A DNA stretch of 64,000 bases from the human T2T-CHM13v2.0 reference genome, Homo sapiens, in the NCBI RefSeq assembly GCF_009914755.1, contig NC_060935.1; one strand, 5' to 3'. The position numbers and the translations under genes are program-made. Positions 26,620 through 37,575 of this stretch are shown here, piece after piece (the stretch's first letter is position 1; every line of letters begins with the position of its first letter). The notes under the pieces were generated by a model. That model made no database searches, was not told where the DNA came from, and was given only the letters and a program-made list of their open reading frames with translations.

Positions 26620-27200
26620 CTGCCCAGAAGTGTCTGTGAATGTAGATCAGAAGCATGTTTTGCCACTTTTCCAGCTTGGTAGAGATCAGATATCCCACTG
26701 TGCGTGATGTCCGAGGGAGAACAAATATAGATGCCCTCATCTTTTCTGAATCATTGATTGCATTTGTCTTGTGAAAAATTCTATTGCTGTCTTTATGGCA
26801 AACTGAAAAAAAGTATTTTTGCTCCTCGTTTATCCAAGAATAACACAATCCCCCCGCAAATAGCTATTTTATTATGACCGCAATCAAAGCTGAAAACAAT
26901 TTCATTTTCCTCCTTTGAGGTCTTCAGAAACAAGTTTAATTTCATAATAAAGTGAGGCCGCACAGGGTTTGTTTCTTAGAGACAGCAGACAGGGGTATGA
27001 AGCCAGAGATCCAGGAGTTAGAGCTGGGCCTGTGTTGGGGTGGGGGGCTTTTCTCCAACCTGTGCTCCAGATGGCTTGGAAAGCATTTCGAAAGCCATTT
27101 GCTGTGCTTTTTCCCCGCAGGCTTTGACCAAACAGGAAGGCAGAGCAGGGATTCACTTCACTTGGAAGCAGGAAAAGGGAAAATATTCATTCATGCAGGA
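26620..27200. promoter_or_regulatory. Candidate distal enhancer / conserved non-coding element
   Basis: No recognisable repeat; several retained CpGs; TCF/LEF atcaaag (26883) next to SOX aacaat (26895). Function is inferred only. Confidence 0.4.
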
Positions 27201-27319
27201 GAAATCTTGAGCTTCAGCAGGCCATGGTGGGGCTAAAGGACTTCCCAGAGAGGGAAATGGGCACCTCTCGGTGCTGGCAGCTCAGTTGCAAGGCTCTGCC
27301 TATGGCCTTCAGCCTGGAA

Positions 27320-28365
27320 AACAACATTTCCACTTCCACTGCCCTAAACCAGACACCTGAGTCATCCTAGATATTCCCATATCCCCACATGTCTTTAGGT
27401 GTTATGTCTTCTTATTTCTCTCTTGAGAGCTTCTTGAATTCACCTGTATCCTTTCACCCACTGCTGCTCCCCTTGCTCAGACACTATTATCTTGCTCTCA
27501 CCTGAACTATTACAACAGTCCCTGACTGATCTCTGCTTCCACCTTATCCCCATCCATTCTTCCTCCACATCACTGGGTCTCCCTTATATTTTATTTATGT
27601 AATTAAATAATTATTAATATAGACAGGGTCTGGGTATGTCATCCAGACTGGTTTAAAGTGGCACAATCTTGGCTCACTGCAGCCTCAAACTCCCGGGCTC
27701 AAGAGGCCCTCCCACCTCAGCCTTCTGAAAACAGGACTACAAGTGGATGCCACCATGCCAGGCTAATTTTATTTTTTATTTTTTTAGAGACAGGGTCTCA
27801 CTTTGTGGTCCAAGCTAATCTAGAACTCCTTGCCCTAAGTGATCTTCCCGCCTCCACCTCCCAAAGCTCTGAAATTGCAGGCACGAGCCACTGCACCCAG
27901 CCTCTACCTTGTATATTAGTTCCCTACTTAAATCCTCCAATGTCATTCAGTTACCTTGAGCATTAAGTTCCAATTTCTTAGCCTGGTACATAAGACTCTC
28001 CATTACTCGGCCTCTGCTTACCTCTTGAGCCTCATCTTCCATCATCTCTCCACCCTTTGCAACCTAAACTCCAGTCTTGCTCAGCTATTGACACTCGAAG
28101 CATGCCTCTACTTACTGGCACTTGGTGCTTTACCTGAAATATTCTCCTTCCCTTGGCAGCCAGAGGAATCCTTACTGTCAAAATCCAGCATCTCCTACTT
28201 CGAGAAACCAACCTGGGTCCTCCTCTGTATACACCCTTCAGACTGTTCTATTTTTATTTGCTTATATACTAGTATTATCTATTTGATTAGTACCTCCTTG
28301 AGTCAGGCACTTTCATATCTGACTGGTCTTTGTGGTCCCTTGTGACCAACACACTCCTGGAATGT
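27320..28365 (+). mobile_element. L2 LINE fragment, split by an AluJ
   Basis: ctctcacctgaactattacaacagtccctgactgatctc...aagttccaatttcttagcctggtacataag. Confidence 0.7.
27586..27902 (-). mobile_element. AluJ, diverged
   Basis: agacagggtct...gcagcctcaaactcccgggctcaag...gagccactgcacccagcc with a degenerate AT-rich tail. Confidence 0.92.
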
Positions 28366-28369
28366 TATG

Positions 28370-28536
28370 GGAGGGAGGTAATGAAGGAAGGAATGACAAA
28401 AGAAAAGGAAGGAGGAAGGGACAGGACAAGAGAAAGAAGAAAGAAGGAAACAGGCAGGCAGGCAAGAAAGGAGGGAGGGAGAGGAAGGAAGGAAGGAAGG
28501 GAGGGAGGGAGGGAGGGAGGGAGGAATGGAGGGAAA
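28370..28536 (+). repeat. Polypurine (GGAA/GGGA/GGCA)n low-complexity tract
   Basis: Almost purely A/G; (GGGA)n run at about 28499-28521. Confidence 0.95.
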
Positions 28537-28651
28537 GACTGCTCAACCTACCAAGACATCTCTTCTTGGTTTCCCAGAGATCTTTCCACTTGGAGATATA
28601 AAACATAAACTTATATAGAACTCTGGGCTGTTAATAAAACAGCAAAGGAAA

Positions 28652-28700
28652 GTGTGCATGTGTGTGTGAAGTGTGTGTATGTGTGTGCATGTGTGTGTGC
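28652..28700 (+). repeat. Imperfect (TG)n microsatellite
   Basis: Read directly. Confidence 0.9.
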
Positions 28701-28849
28701 ATTCCCAAGTGCTTGCACATGTGGGCTGTGTGATTTGAAGAATGGTGGGGCTGGTACTAACAAAAAGCCTAAATATTGATGCATAGAAGGAATTATTCTT
28801 TTCTAAGACTTTCATAAAAATGGGTCTAGATTCTCATTGACATATTTTC

Positions 28850-29100
28850 CAGCATTTTGTGATGAAAGTTCACAGTGTAGAAAAGTTGGAAAATTGTACT
28901 GTGAACACTTATATACCCACAACTTAGATTCTACAATTATAATTTTATAATATTTGCTTTATTATACACTTATTGATCCATTCATCCATTCCTCATCCAT
29001 GCATAAATTTAACTTTTACATGCATTTCAGAATAAGTTCTAGACACCAGTAGTTTACATTCCTTAGCCTTCAGCATACATGCCATATGACCATTAGATTT
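28850..29100 (-). mobile_element. Old L1ME/MC 3' end fragment
   Basis: gtagaaaagttggaaaattgtactgtgaacacttatatacccacaacttagattctacaatt. Confidence 0.65.
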
Positions 29101-29444
29101 GTTTGTAATCCCCTCTTCCTCCAAAATGGTTCTTGATCAAAGCAAGAATATATTAAGACCCTTCCCCCAAAATTGCAAAAGACAAAAGTTAAGCACTAAA
29201 AAATAAAGGGATAATAATGGGAGAGGAAAAAATTTTATCCAAAATTTCTGGTGAAGAAAATAACAGCAAGTAAATGCAAAAAATACCTCTGAGTTCCTAG
29301 AAACCAAAAATTATATTAAGTATTGGCTTTAATATTCTTGTAACTGCTCTAGTAGGGACAAATTTTTCCAAATTTTGATACTAGGAATTGGTCAGAGGAA
29401 CATAGGTAGAAAGGGTGCTTAGTAATATTGAAAACAAAGCCAAT

Positions 29445-29697
29445 ATGGTGTACCAATTAAGGACCTAGACTCAAACCAGAGGGTTGAGTTCAAGTCTAGT
29501 TGTTACCACTTACTAGTTGTATGAGCCTGAGCAAAGGCATTTAACCATGTGAAGATTCTATTCCCTTATCTACAAAATGAGGGTCTCGCAGTACCAGCCT
29601 CATCTTGTTTATTTTGTGACTTTAATCAGATAATGCCCATAATTCACTTAATACAATGCTGGACACATAGTAAGCACTCAATAAGTGTAATTATTAA
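29445..29697 (+). mobile_element. MIR SINE, near full length
   Basis: ccacttactagttgtatga...tctacaaaatgaggg...acacatagtaagcactcaataagtg. Confidence 0.85.
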
Positions 29698-30829
29698 AGG
29701 AGGAGAAAGAATTTCTTCAGGGGAGGGTGAAATTATAACGTTAAAGCATAGCTTTATGCAAGCTTTTCTTAGGGTAGATGTGTTAATATTCAGTAATTCT
29801 ATTTTCTTTTAATCTAGTTAAGTACAACGAAAAAGCTAGGAACTCCTGAGCAATGTGAGAGATATCACCGATTGCTTATCCAAAAATGATCTCTACTTCT
29901 TTCTAGACTTGAGTAAAAGCCACAAAGGCCACTCCATGCTCTTTCTGTTTTTGGTATTTGGGGCAGACCAGGATGGCATCCTACAAGATAATGGAGTCTC
30001 AATATGGAAGGAGGTTGGATCCCTGAATTGCTGCATGGAAGAGAGCTGCCTACCACCCTGAACATCTACTTTGGATTACTACAGTAGTAAGAAATAAAAT
30101 TACATTGTGTTTGGGCTATTATACATTGGTTGGCTGTATTCAATACAGCAGTTTAGCATATATTAAGGAATACAATTTATTTATTAAATGCAACATATGG
30201 ATATTTTGCCCTCCTGGAGTCCCATATCTACTGGAGAATAATATTATATATGAACACATACAACAAGATAAATATAAGTATATTCTCTTAGTCTCTAGTA
30301 AAGTTATTTGTCCCTAGAAACTCATCTTTGTTTTCTTAAAAGAATATAAAAAAGTAAATGCTTGAAAGGCCTGCTAGGGCCAGAGGTTGGCTTTCCAGGG
30401 CTTTTGGTTCTGTGGCCCTGCCGTGCTGTGAGACAAGAAGAGTATTATGTTCCCTTCCAAGGGCCCAAAGTAGAAAAAAGCAAACTAAATGGGCGAACAC
30501 AGCTACTGAATAATGGGATCCCTTCCTTACTCACAAAGTCTGCAGTGCTCACTGATGCTTTTGTTTGTATAGTGCTTCCATAAGGAAAATTATTTCTAGG
30601 GGGCATCCACAAAGAACTTGTGAGGTCTGCACTCATTTAGGTATGGAGAAAAGGGGAGGCATTTCAGATACCTTCATGATTAGAGCTCTTCCAGAAAATG
30701 TGCAAGGAACAAGCTTGGAGAGCACAAAAGAGGAAATGTTTTTCCTAGCCAAGTCAGAGAAAGCTTCAAAGAGGAACTGACTCATCTTGAAAGATAAGTC
30801 AGAATCCACCAGTCTAGAAAAGGATCAAG

Positions 30830-31360
30830 GGCATTCTGATCAGAGAATAATAAATGGATTTTAGCCTTGTTAGGCCATGGCCTTCACGCATTTCCCGATT
30901 ATTGGGGCTTGGTGCCTGACCCTGTTGCACCACCATAGCAAATGTGGTTAGAATCACCCTTATCACAGCCGCTTGTATTTCTGCCGGGTTACCTAAGGAC
31001 AGGGACATAAAATTCACTCCGATAAGGGCTTATGTGCATCCCAGCAATCTTGTCAATTATCCCTGGGCTGATTTGCACGCCTGCTCCTTCTCAGCTCCAA
31101 CACTGGCTGGCAAAGAGGCCACTTCCTTTTATCGGTGTCTATTGTGCTGTCAGGCTTGGTTTACAACACAATAAGCTTACAGACACTTACAATTAATGAG
31201 CTTCTCATGAGTGTTCACAAACACATTAAAAATGAGCAGGTAGCAAATTATCTATGGGCCCCAATAATCTGCACTTACATAAATATCCAGTTTTTAGTAG
31301 ACTGGAATTGTCTAAAAGTCCCTCATCATTTGTCAGGTGGGATGTCAGTTTAATGGGCCC
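30830..31360. promoter_or_regulatory. Candidate GATA-rich enhancer
   Basis: No recognisable repeat; retained CpGs; about five GATA cores plus RUNX tgtggtt. Function is inferred only. Confidence 0.4.
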
Positions 31361-31599
31361 CTGAGCATGTTTATGGGTCACTCTATCCCACTAAACTGTC
31401 TAAATTATCTGCCTGCTCCCTCTGCTTCTAGAAACCCACTCATGCCTGAAAAGGTGGCTCCAGAATATAACCTTAGCCAAACTTGAAATCTGGGTATTTG
31501 AACTCCTGGTTCTTGGGGAATCCACTATGAAATTCTGCAAAAAGTTCTGTTTTTTTTCCAACATACATATCCACGAGAGCTGCAAATATGGACAATAAA

Positions 31600-32012
31600 G
31601 AAGAAAGCAGTTATGGATTTGGTTGGAGTCTGCCTGCCACTTGCTAGCTGTGTAATTTTGAGGCAAGTTACTTAATGTTTCTGAGCCTCAGTTTCTTTAT
31701 CTGCAAATGGGGATAAAAATAACAGATTTGACATAAAGATTAAATGAAACCAAGAGTATAAGTAATAGCAAAGTGACACGCACTCTGCACCAATGGTTGT
31801 AAGTGTTTTTGTATTAGCTCAGTTTATCCTCACCACAATCTTACAGGAAAGCACTATTGTGTAACTCCATTTTGCAGATGAGAAAACTGAGGACCTGAAA
31901 GGCTAAAGCTTTTATTTAAAGTCATATAGCTGGTCAATGATCGACCTGGGATTCAAACAGAGATGCTCTGACTCCAAGCATCTTGCTTATTTAAGTACTG
32001 TGCTACGCTACC
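31600..32012. mobile_element. Two MIRs in opposite orientation (+ about 31600-31770, - about 31790-32012)
   Basis: ctgagcctcagtttctttatctgcaaatgggg versus ccattttgcagatgagaaaactgagg. Confidence 0.85.
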
Positions 32013-32116
32013 TGGAACAGTACCTGGAAAATACTTGGTTTTCTGTGAATGTAAGGAAGCTAGAGAGATGAACACAATTTGTGTTCTGAATTTAAGAAAA
32101 TACAAATCTGTTAGAG

Positions 32117-32883
32117 TGTATTAGTCTGTTCTCAACAATGCTAATAAAGACACACCTGGGAGTGGATAATTTATACAGGAATGAAGTTTAATGGACTCAC
32201 AGTTCCACCTGGCTGGGGAGGCCTCACAATTATGGAAGAAGGTGAAGAAAGAGCAAAGGGACATTGTATTAGTCCATTTTCGTACTGCTGATAAAGACAT
32301 ACCTGAGATTGGGAAGAAAAAGAGGTTTTAATAGACTCACAGTTCTACGTGGCTAGGGAGGCCTCACAATCATGGCAGAGGGCAAGGAGGAGCAAGTCAT
32401 GTCTTACATGGATGACAGCAGGCAAACAGAGAGAGAATTTATGAAGGGAAACTCCCATTTTAAAAACCATTAGATCTTGTGAGGATTATTTACTATTATG
32501 TGAACAGCTATTTACTATTATGTGAACAATTATTATTTGGAGACCCACGCTCATGGGTCTTTGATTCAATTATCTCCCACGAATCCCTCCCATAACACGT
32601 GGGAATTATGGGAGCTACAAGATGAGATTTGGATGGGGACACAGAGCCAAACCGTATCAAATGTCTTACATGTCTTACATGGCAGCAGGCAAGAAGAGCT
32701 TGTGCAAGAGAACTCCCATCTATAAAACCATCAGATTTCATGAGACTTATTCACTACTATGAGAACAGTAGGGGGGGAACCGCCCCCATGATTCAATTGT
32801 CTCTACCTGGCCCTTCCCTCGACATGTGGGGATTATTACAATTCAAGGTGAGATATGGGTGGGCACAGAGCCAAACCATATCA
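32117..32883 (-). mobile_element. THE1-type MaLR solo LTR (outer; 32117-32264 and 32660-32883)
   Basis: tgtattagtctgttctca...ccaaaccatatca; TSD tagag/cagag; sequence resumes in register after the inner LTR. Confidence 0.92.
32265..32659 (-). mobile_element. THE1-type MaLR solo LTR (inner, nested)
   Basis: tgtattagtccattttc...gggacacagagccaaaccgtatca; internal 20-bp direct repeat at 32487-32506 and 32509-32528. Confidence 0.93.
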
Positions 32884-32934
32884 CAGAGAGATAAGACCAT
32901 TTGAACTCTTCGATAGGACTATCACTAAGGTAGC

Positions 32935-33466
32935 CATGTTATTAATTTTTATTGTTGCATAACAAATTACCAAAAATTTAATGGCTTAAAACAGCACCTG
33001 TTTATTATCTTACAGTGTCCATGGGTCAGGAGAGCAGGCATAGCTCATCTGGGCCCTCTGCTCGGGGACTTGCAAGGCTGCAGTCAATGTGTCTGCTGGG
33101 CTGCATTCTTTTTGGAGTTCAGGGTCCTCTTCCTGCTCACAAGATGGCTGGCAGAATTCAGTTCCTTGCTTCTGGAAGACTAAGGCCCTCAGTTCTAGAG
33201 CCTGCCTGCAGTTCCTGAGGCCCTTTCAATAGGCAGTTCACATCTTGACAGCTTGCACCTTAACAGGCCCTCAGGATAATCTCTCTCCGTTTAGTCTGCT
33301 AAGACAGTCTTACATATAAGGTAACATAATCCAGGGAGTGACTATCCTGTCACCTTTACCATATTCTGTGGGTCAGAAGCAAGTCATAGGTTCTGTCTGC
33401 ATTTAAGAGGATATGACTACAAAAGGACATGACTCACGGGTCAGCACAGCATGTGTCTGCCATACC
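32935..33466 (-). mobile_element. MaLR solo LTR (MLT1E/F-like)
   Basis: gcataacaaattaccaaaaatttaatggcttaaaaca...gggtcagaagcaagtcataggt. Confidence 0.8.
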
Positions 33467-33586
33467 ATACAACCTGGTGATCAACTGGGACACTTTGGAG
33501 AGTGAAAAGATGCTATTCATAATGATTCTGGGACCACAGACATAAACCAGGACTGTCCCAAGAAACCAGGGAATATGATCATCCTG
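33467..33586 (+). mobile_element. hAT-Blackjack MITE (MER94-like); its left terminus is probably at about 32926-32934
   Basis: gggacactttggagagtgaaaag...cataaaccaggactgtccc...atgatcatcct. Confidence 0.75.
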
Positions 33587-33663
33587 GCTACAAACAACAC
33601 AGGCAGTTTAATATGAGACTAGTGGAGGCAAAGTGTAATTTTGACCAGGTGGATCTGAGAATA

Positions 33664-33875
33664 CACTTGACCATTGATCAACATGGATTTGAGCTGTGCA
33701 GATCTACTTATATGCAGATTTTTTTCAACCAAACTCAGATAGAAAATACAGTTTCCCAGGATGTGAAACCTGCATATACCATATAGGGAGGGCTGACTTT
33801 TTGTATATATGGGTTGTGCAATTTTAGTGTGGGGGGTGGTCTGGAATGAATCTCCAAATATATGAAGGACAACTG
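33664..33875 (-). mobile_element. Tigger-family MITE (MER8-like)
   Basis: ttttttcaaccaaa...gaaaatacag...ggagggctgacttt...ggacaactg with cagttg-type termini. Confidence 0.85.
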
Positions 33876-34621
33876 CCCTTTATTGAACAAATTATTATTT
33901 TTTAATCAGGTTATGAAGGATGGGTTTAATTTCTACAAGCAGAGTATCCTGGCAGAGAGAGAAGTTTGGGCAGAGACATAGCAGTGAGGAGGAATAGGTC
34001 AGGTTCTCTGAATGAGGGAAGCCAGGCAGAGAACTGCAAAATGTGTATAAAGGTCTTCATTCCCAGAAAGTGAGCATAGGGATTTACATTGCTCTGTGCT
34101 CTTTGGCTGAAGTTTTTGGGGAGAGGGCACCTCTCTAACCCTTAGTGTCTCTTAGATCTTCTAAAAGACCTGCAGAAGAGAGGAGAGAGACCTTCAGATT
34201 TCTGCATCCCAGGAGGGTTTCTCTTGGACACATATGTCTATCAGGTACCCTTCATTTCATTATTCCTATAAAGAAAATCCTAGAGGAAGGAGCAAAAGGA
34301 GATCAGTTAAATCCATAAATTTGATTAATGATTTGTTAGAATTAAAATTAAATAACCACATCAGCCCACAGATCAGCTCTGCAATTGTCTTATTCAGAGT
34401 TGTAATGGGTATGCATAATTCATTCTGTAATTGTTCCTTGAGAGCACTCTTCTGTGTAGTACTATGTGCTTAGCTAACCTCTATTCCTGCTTCTGGGGTG
34501 GTCTTGTTAATTTTCCATCCAACCATCCCCTTCTCTGACTTAATGACTACTCTGACCTCACAGACTTCATCCCTCACATAGGCAAATAGGGGTGATCCTT
34601 GAGATGGCCACAAATGGGCCC

Positions 34622-35034
34622 TAATATGGTTTGGATGTTTGCCCCAAAACATCCAAATCTCATGTTGAAATGTAGTCCCCATGGTTGGAGGTGGGGTCTA
34701 GTGGGAGGTGTTTGAGTCAGGGGGGCAGATCATTCATGAAAGGCTTGATGCCTGCCCCATGTTCATGAGGGAGTTCTCACTCTATTAGTTCATGTGATAG
34801 CTGGTTGTTTAAAGAGCCTGGCATCTCTCTGTTGCTCCCTCTCTTGCCAGGTAACATAACTGCTCTCCTGTCTTTCTGCTATGACTGTAAGCTTTCTAAA
34901 GCCCTGGCCAGAGGCAGATACTGGTGCCATGCTTTTGCACAGTCTGCAGAACCATGAGCCAAATAATCTCTTTTCTTTATAAATTAGTCAGCCTTAAGTA
35001 TTCCTTTATAGCAACACAAATGGAATAATATACA
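34622..35034 (+). mobile_element. MaLR solo LTR (MSTB-like), intact
   Basis: atatggtttggatgtttg...ccaaatctcatgttgaaatg...attcctttatagcaacacaaatgga..aatataca. Confidence 0.92.
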
Positions 35035-35403
35035 CCTTCTGCTGCCACTAGTCCACTGGTTAGGTGACACTTGCTGGCATCATATGGAACCACTTCTGGG
35101 AAAGGGTCAAGGAAGATACCCTGGAGGATGAGCCATTTGGTTCAGATGGGGTCTGTTGCCAGCTCAGGCTCCAGCTGAGAAAGGTGAGATGGAGACACTG
35201 AGCCATAGCCATGACAAGCTCTGATGGCTCCTCAACTTCCTACTCAAGAGAAGAGGATGAGTCTGTATTGTGTGCCCTTGGGGAGTAGGAGGCAGGTCCA
35301 CTTCACTGGAGCAAGGAAAGAAAAGAGGGAGCCAGGCAAATCCAAAGATCTTGAGCACATCTGTTCCTCTCCATTACAAAGCAAAAGATAAAATTTCCCT
35401 GAT

Positions 35404-36040
35404 ATTCATTCATTCCTTTTTCAACAGCTATTTATTGATCTTCACTTATGTGCCAGGCATTGGACTTGGTACTGAAAGCTTAGTGACAACCAAAACAAAA
35501 TTTCTACCTTCACAGATCTGACAGTATCGGGTGAACATTGAGAGTAGAGAGGTAACAAGGAAGAAAACAAATAAATACAAAATAGAATAAATGAAGTGGG
35601 GTGGTGGAGGGGCATACCTGATTAAACACGGGGAAAAGAAGTTAGCTCTAAGACAGTGACATTTTATTTGAGATGTGAAAGATAAGAAGCGGCCAGTAAT
35701 ACCCAAAGCATCTCAGACAGAGGAAAGAATGTATACAAATGTCCTAAAGTGGGAAAGAGAAGTTGGAAAACCCCTGAGTGGTTGAAGTTTCTGAGTGAGC
35801 AAGGGGCTGGCTCAGAGTGAGACAGAAGTGTGATCGGAACTAGTTCACAACAGACTTGTAGGCCAAAAAAGTTGGATTTTCTTCTAAGTCCAATGTTAAC
35901 CTCTTGGAGGGTTCTGAAAGTATCATGCTGGTCTATTTTGAGGCAGTCAGGTCTGAGTCTTGGAGATGCTCAAGGAGATTTCCCCAAGAGGGAGAAGTCA
36001 ATTGGAGAAGAGTCCTCATCATAGGGTACTTAAGGCCATG
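35404..36040 (-). mobile_element. L2 LINE 3' fragment
   Basis: attcattcattc...tatttattga...atgtgccaggcattgg, followed by an L2 reverse body. Confidence 0.8.
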
Positions 36041-36689
36041 AGGTTAAAATCAGAATACTGGGCTGCCTTCTTGCCACTAGGGTTTGTGTTATCTCATGAG
36101 CATAGAAAATGCAGCTGAATTTCTAGTTATTCAAAGTTTTGTAACAAAATTTTCTGCCTGAGGAGAGGAAAGATCAGCTATAGAACTGGAGAATATAAAC
36201 ATTTCCTCCAGAAATAAGTATGCTTCTGTGCTGTGTCCAGCAATGTGGCATAATGCAGGAACCAGAGGCCAGATGATGGGAGTATTTCCATGCTGAAAGC
36301 TATCTTGAATTTAAAACAAACATGGAGAGCTGGGATCACTGAAGCCCAGTTATGGCTTCATGGAGATTTTTTTTTTTTTGCTCATAATTCTATTTTAGTG
36401 CATATTTGAAAATTTTCAGAATAAAAAGTTAAGTACAGGGACAAAGAAGAGAACTTTCAAGTTAAACATGTATTAAATATTATCTCTGATAAAAGCAAAG
36501 ACTTATTTAGCACCCACCATGTGCCAAGTACTGTGCCTAGTACTTTACTCAGAGCAAGTCTGGGAAGGAGATATCATTATCTTCATTTTACAGATGAGAA
36601 TACTGAAGCTAAAATAAATTAGTGGCAAAGTCTGCGTAATTCTACTTCTGCATAGGATGCCATAGGTATAGTCCATGAATATAGGCATA

Positions 36690-36950
36690 TGTTGAAAAAA
36701 AGTATTCAAACGTTCATGGCAATGACAAAAACCAGATACAGAAGGGTAGTCTCCTGTGGGAAAAGTGGAATCAGACATGGATCAAAGATGAGTACACAGG
36801 GGCAGATACTGTACCCGAAGCAAAAGACTGGAAGCAAACATTACACAATGTAAAATCTGATAAAGCTGGTGGTGGTAATGCTGGTATTAGTTATAGGGTT
36901 TGCTATACATTTCAGAATGTTTGAAATATTCATAATAGTAAATAAAATTA
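36690..36950 (+). mobile_element. Old L1ME 3' end fragment
   Basis: ctggaagcaaacattacacaatgtaaa...gaatgtttgaaatattcataatagtaaataaaa. Confidence 0.55.
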
Positions 36951-37344
36951 AACAGATGAAATGTGCACAGGCCTTGGAGACAAGTTATGGTTTTGATCAG
37001 CAACACTAATTCTGCCCAGGAAATGTCAGTGGGTGAATCTCTACACATTGTAGCCACAACATGAACATTAAGAACATGAGGACTGAACTAACTTCATCCT
37101 GTCTCTAGGAAACTGGGCACTGGTTGATAAATTTACATCTAAACAAAAGGAAGTTTACAGCTCACAAATACAAGTCATGCTGAAGTTATGGTCATGAGAA
37201 GCAGTGTCGGGCAGGGCCCAAAGAACTACAATACAGGAAGGAGAAAAATATCCCCAGTTTGAAAGAGCCTGGTCTCTGGACCCACACAGGCCTGGAAGGT
37301 GAGCTCAAGAAGGAAGGTCTTCTGGGGATAAAAAATATATATGT

Positions 37345-37575
37345 TAAATGCTCCCTGCCTAACAAGAACTCTGTTAGGTACTCTGCACACATTATTCCAT
37401 TTAATCTTCAAAACAACCTAAGAGATAGCTATAACTGTACCCATTTTAGAGATGAGAAAAACTGAAGCTCATTAATAACAGATTAAATGACCTGCCCAAG
37501 ATGCACAGCAGTAATTTGAGGCATCCAGATTCCCACCCAGATCTGTCTGATTTTAATGCCGCTGCTCCTTCCATT
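37345..37575 (-). mobile_element. MIR SINE
   Basis: catttaatcttcaaaacaacctaagaga...cccattttagagatgagaaaaactgaagctca. Confidence 0.85.

Noticed and set aside
28313-28815. Low-complexity ORFs (poly-GRE, LPPS, THTH); likewise the four ORFs at 21805-22141
   Set aside because: They are produced by simple repeats lacking stop codons.
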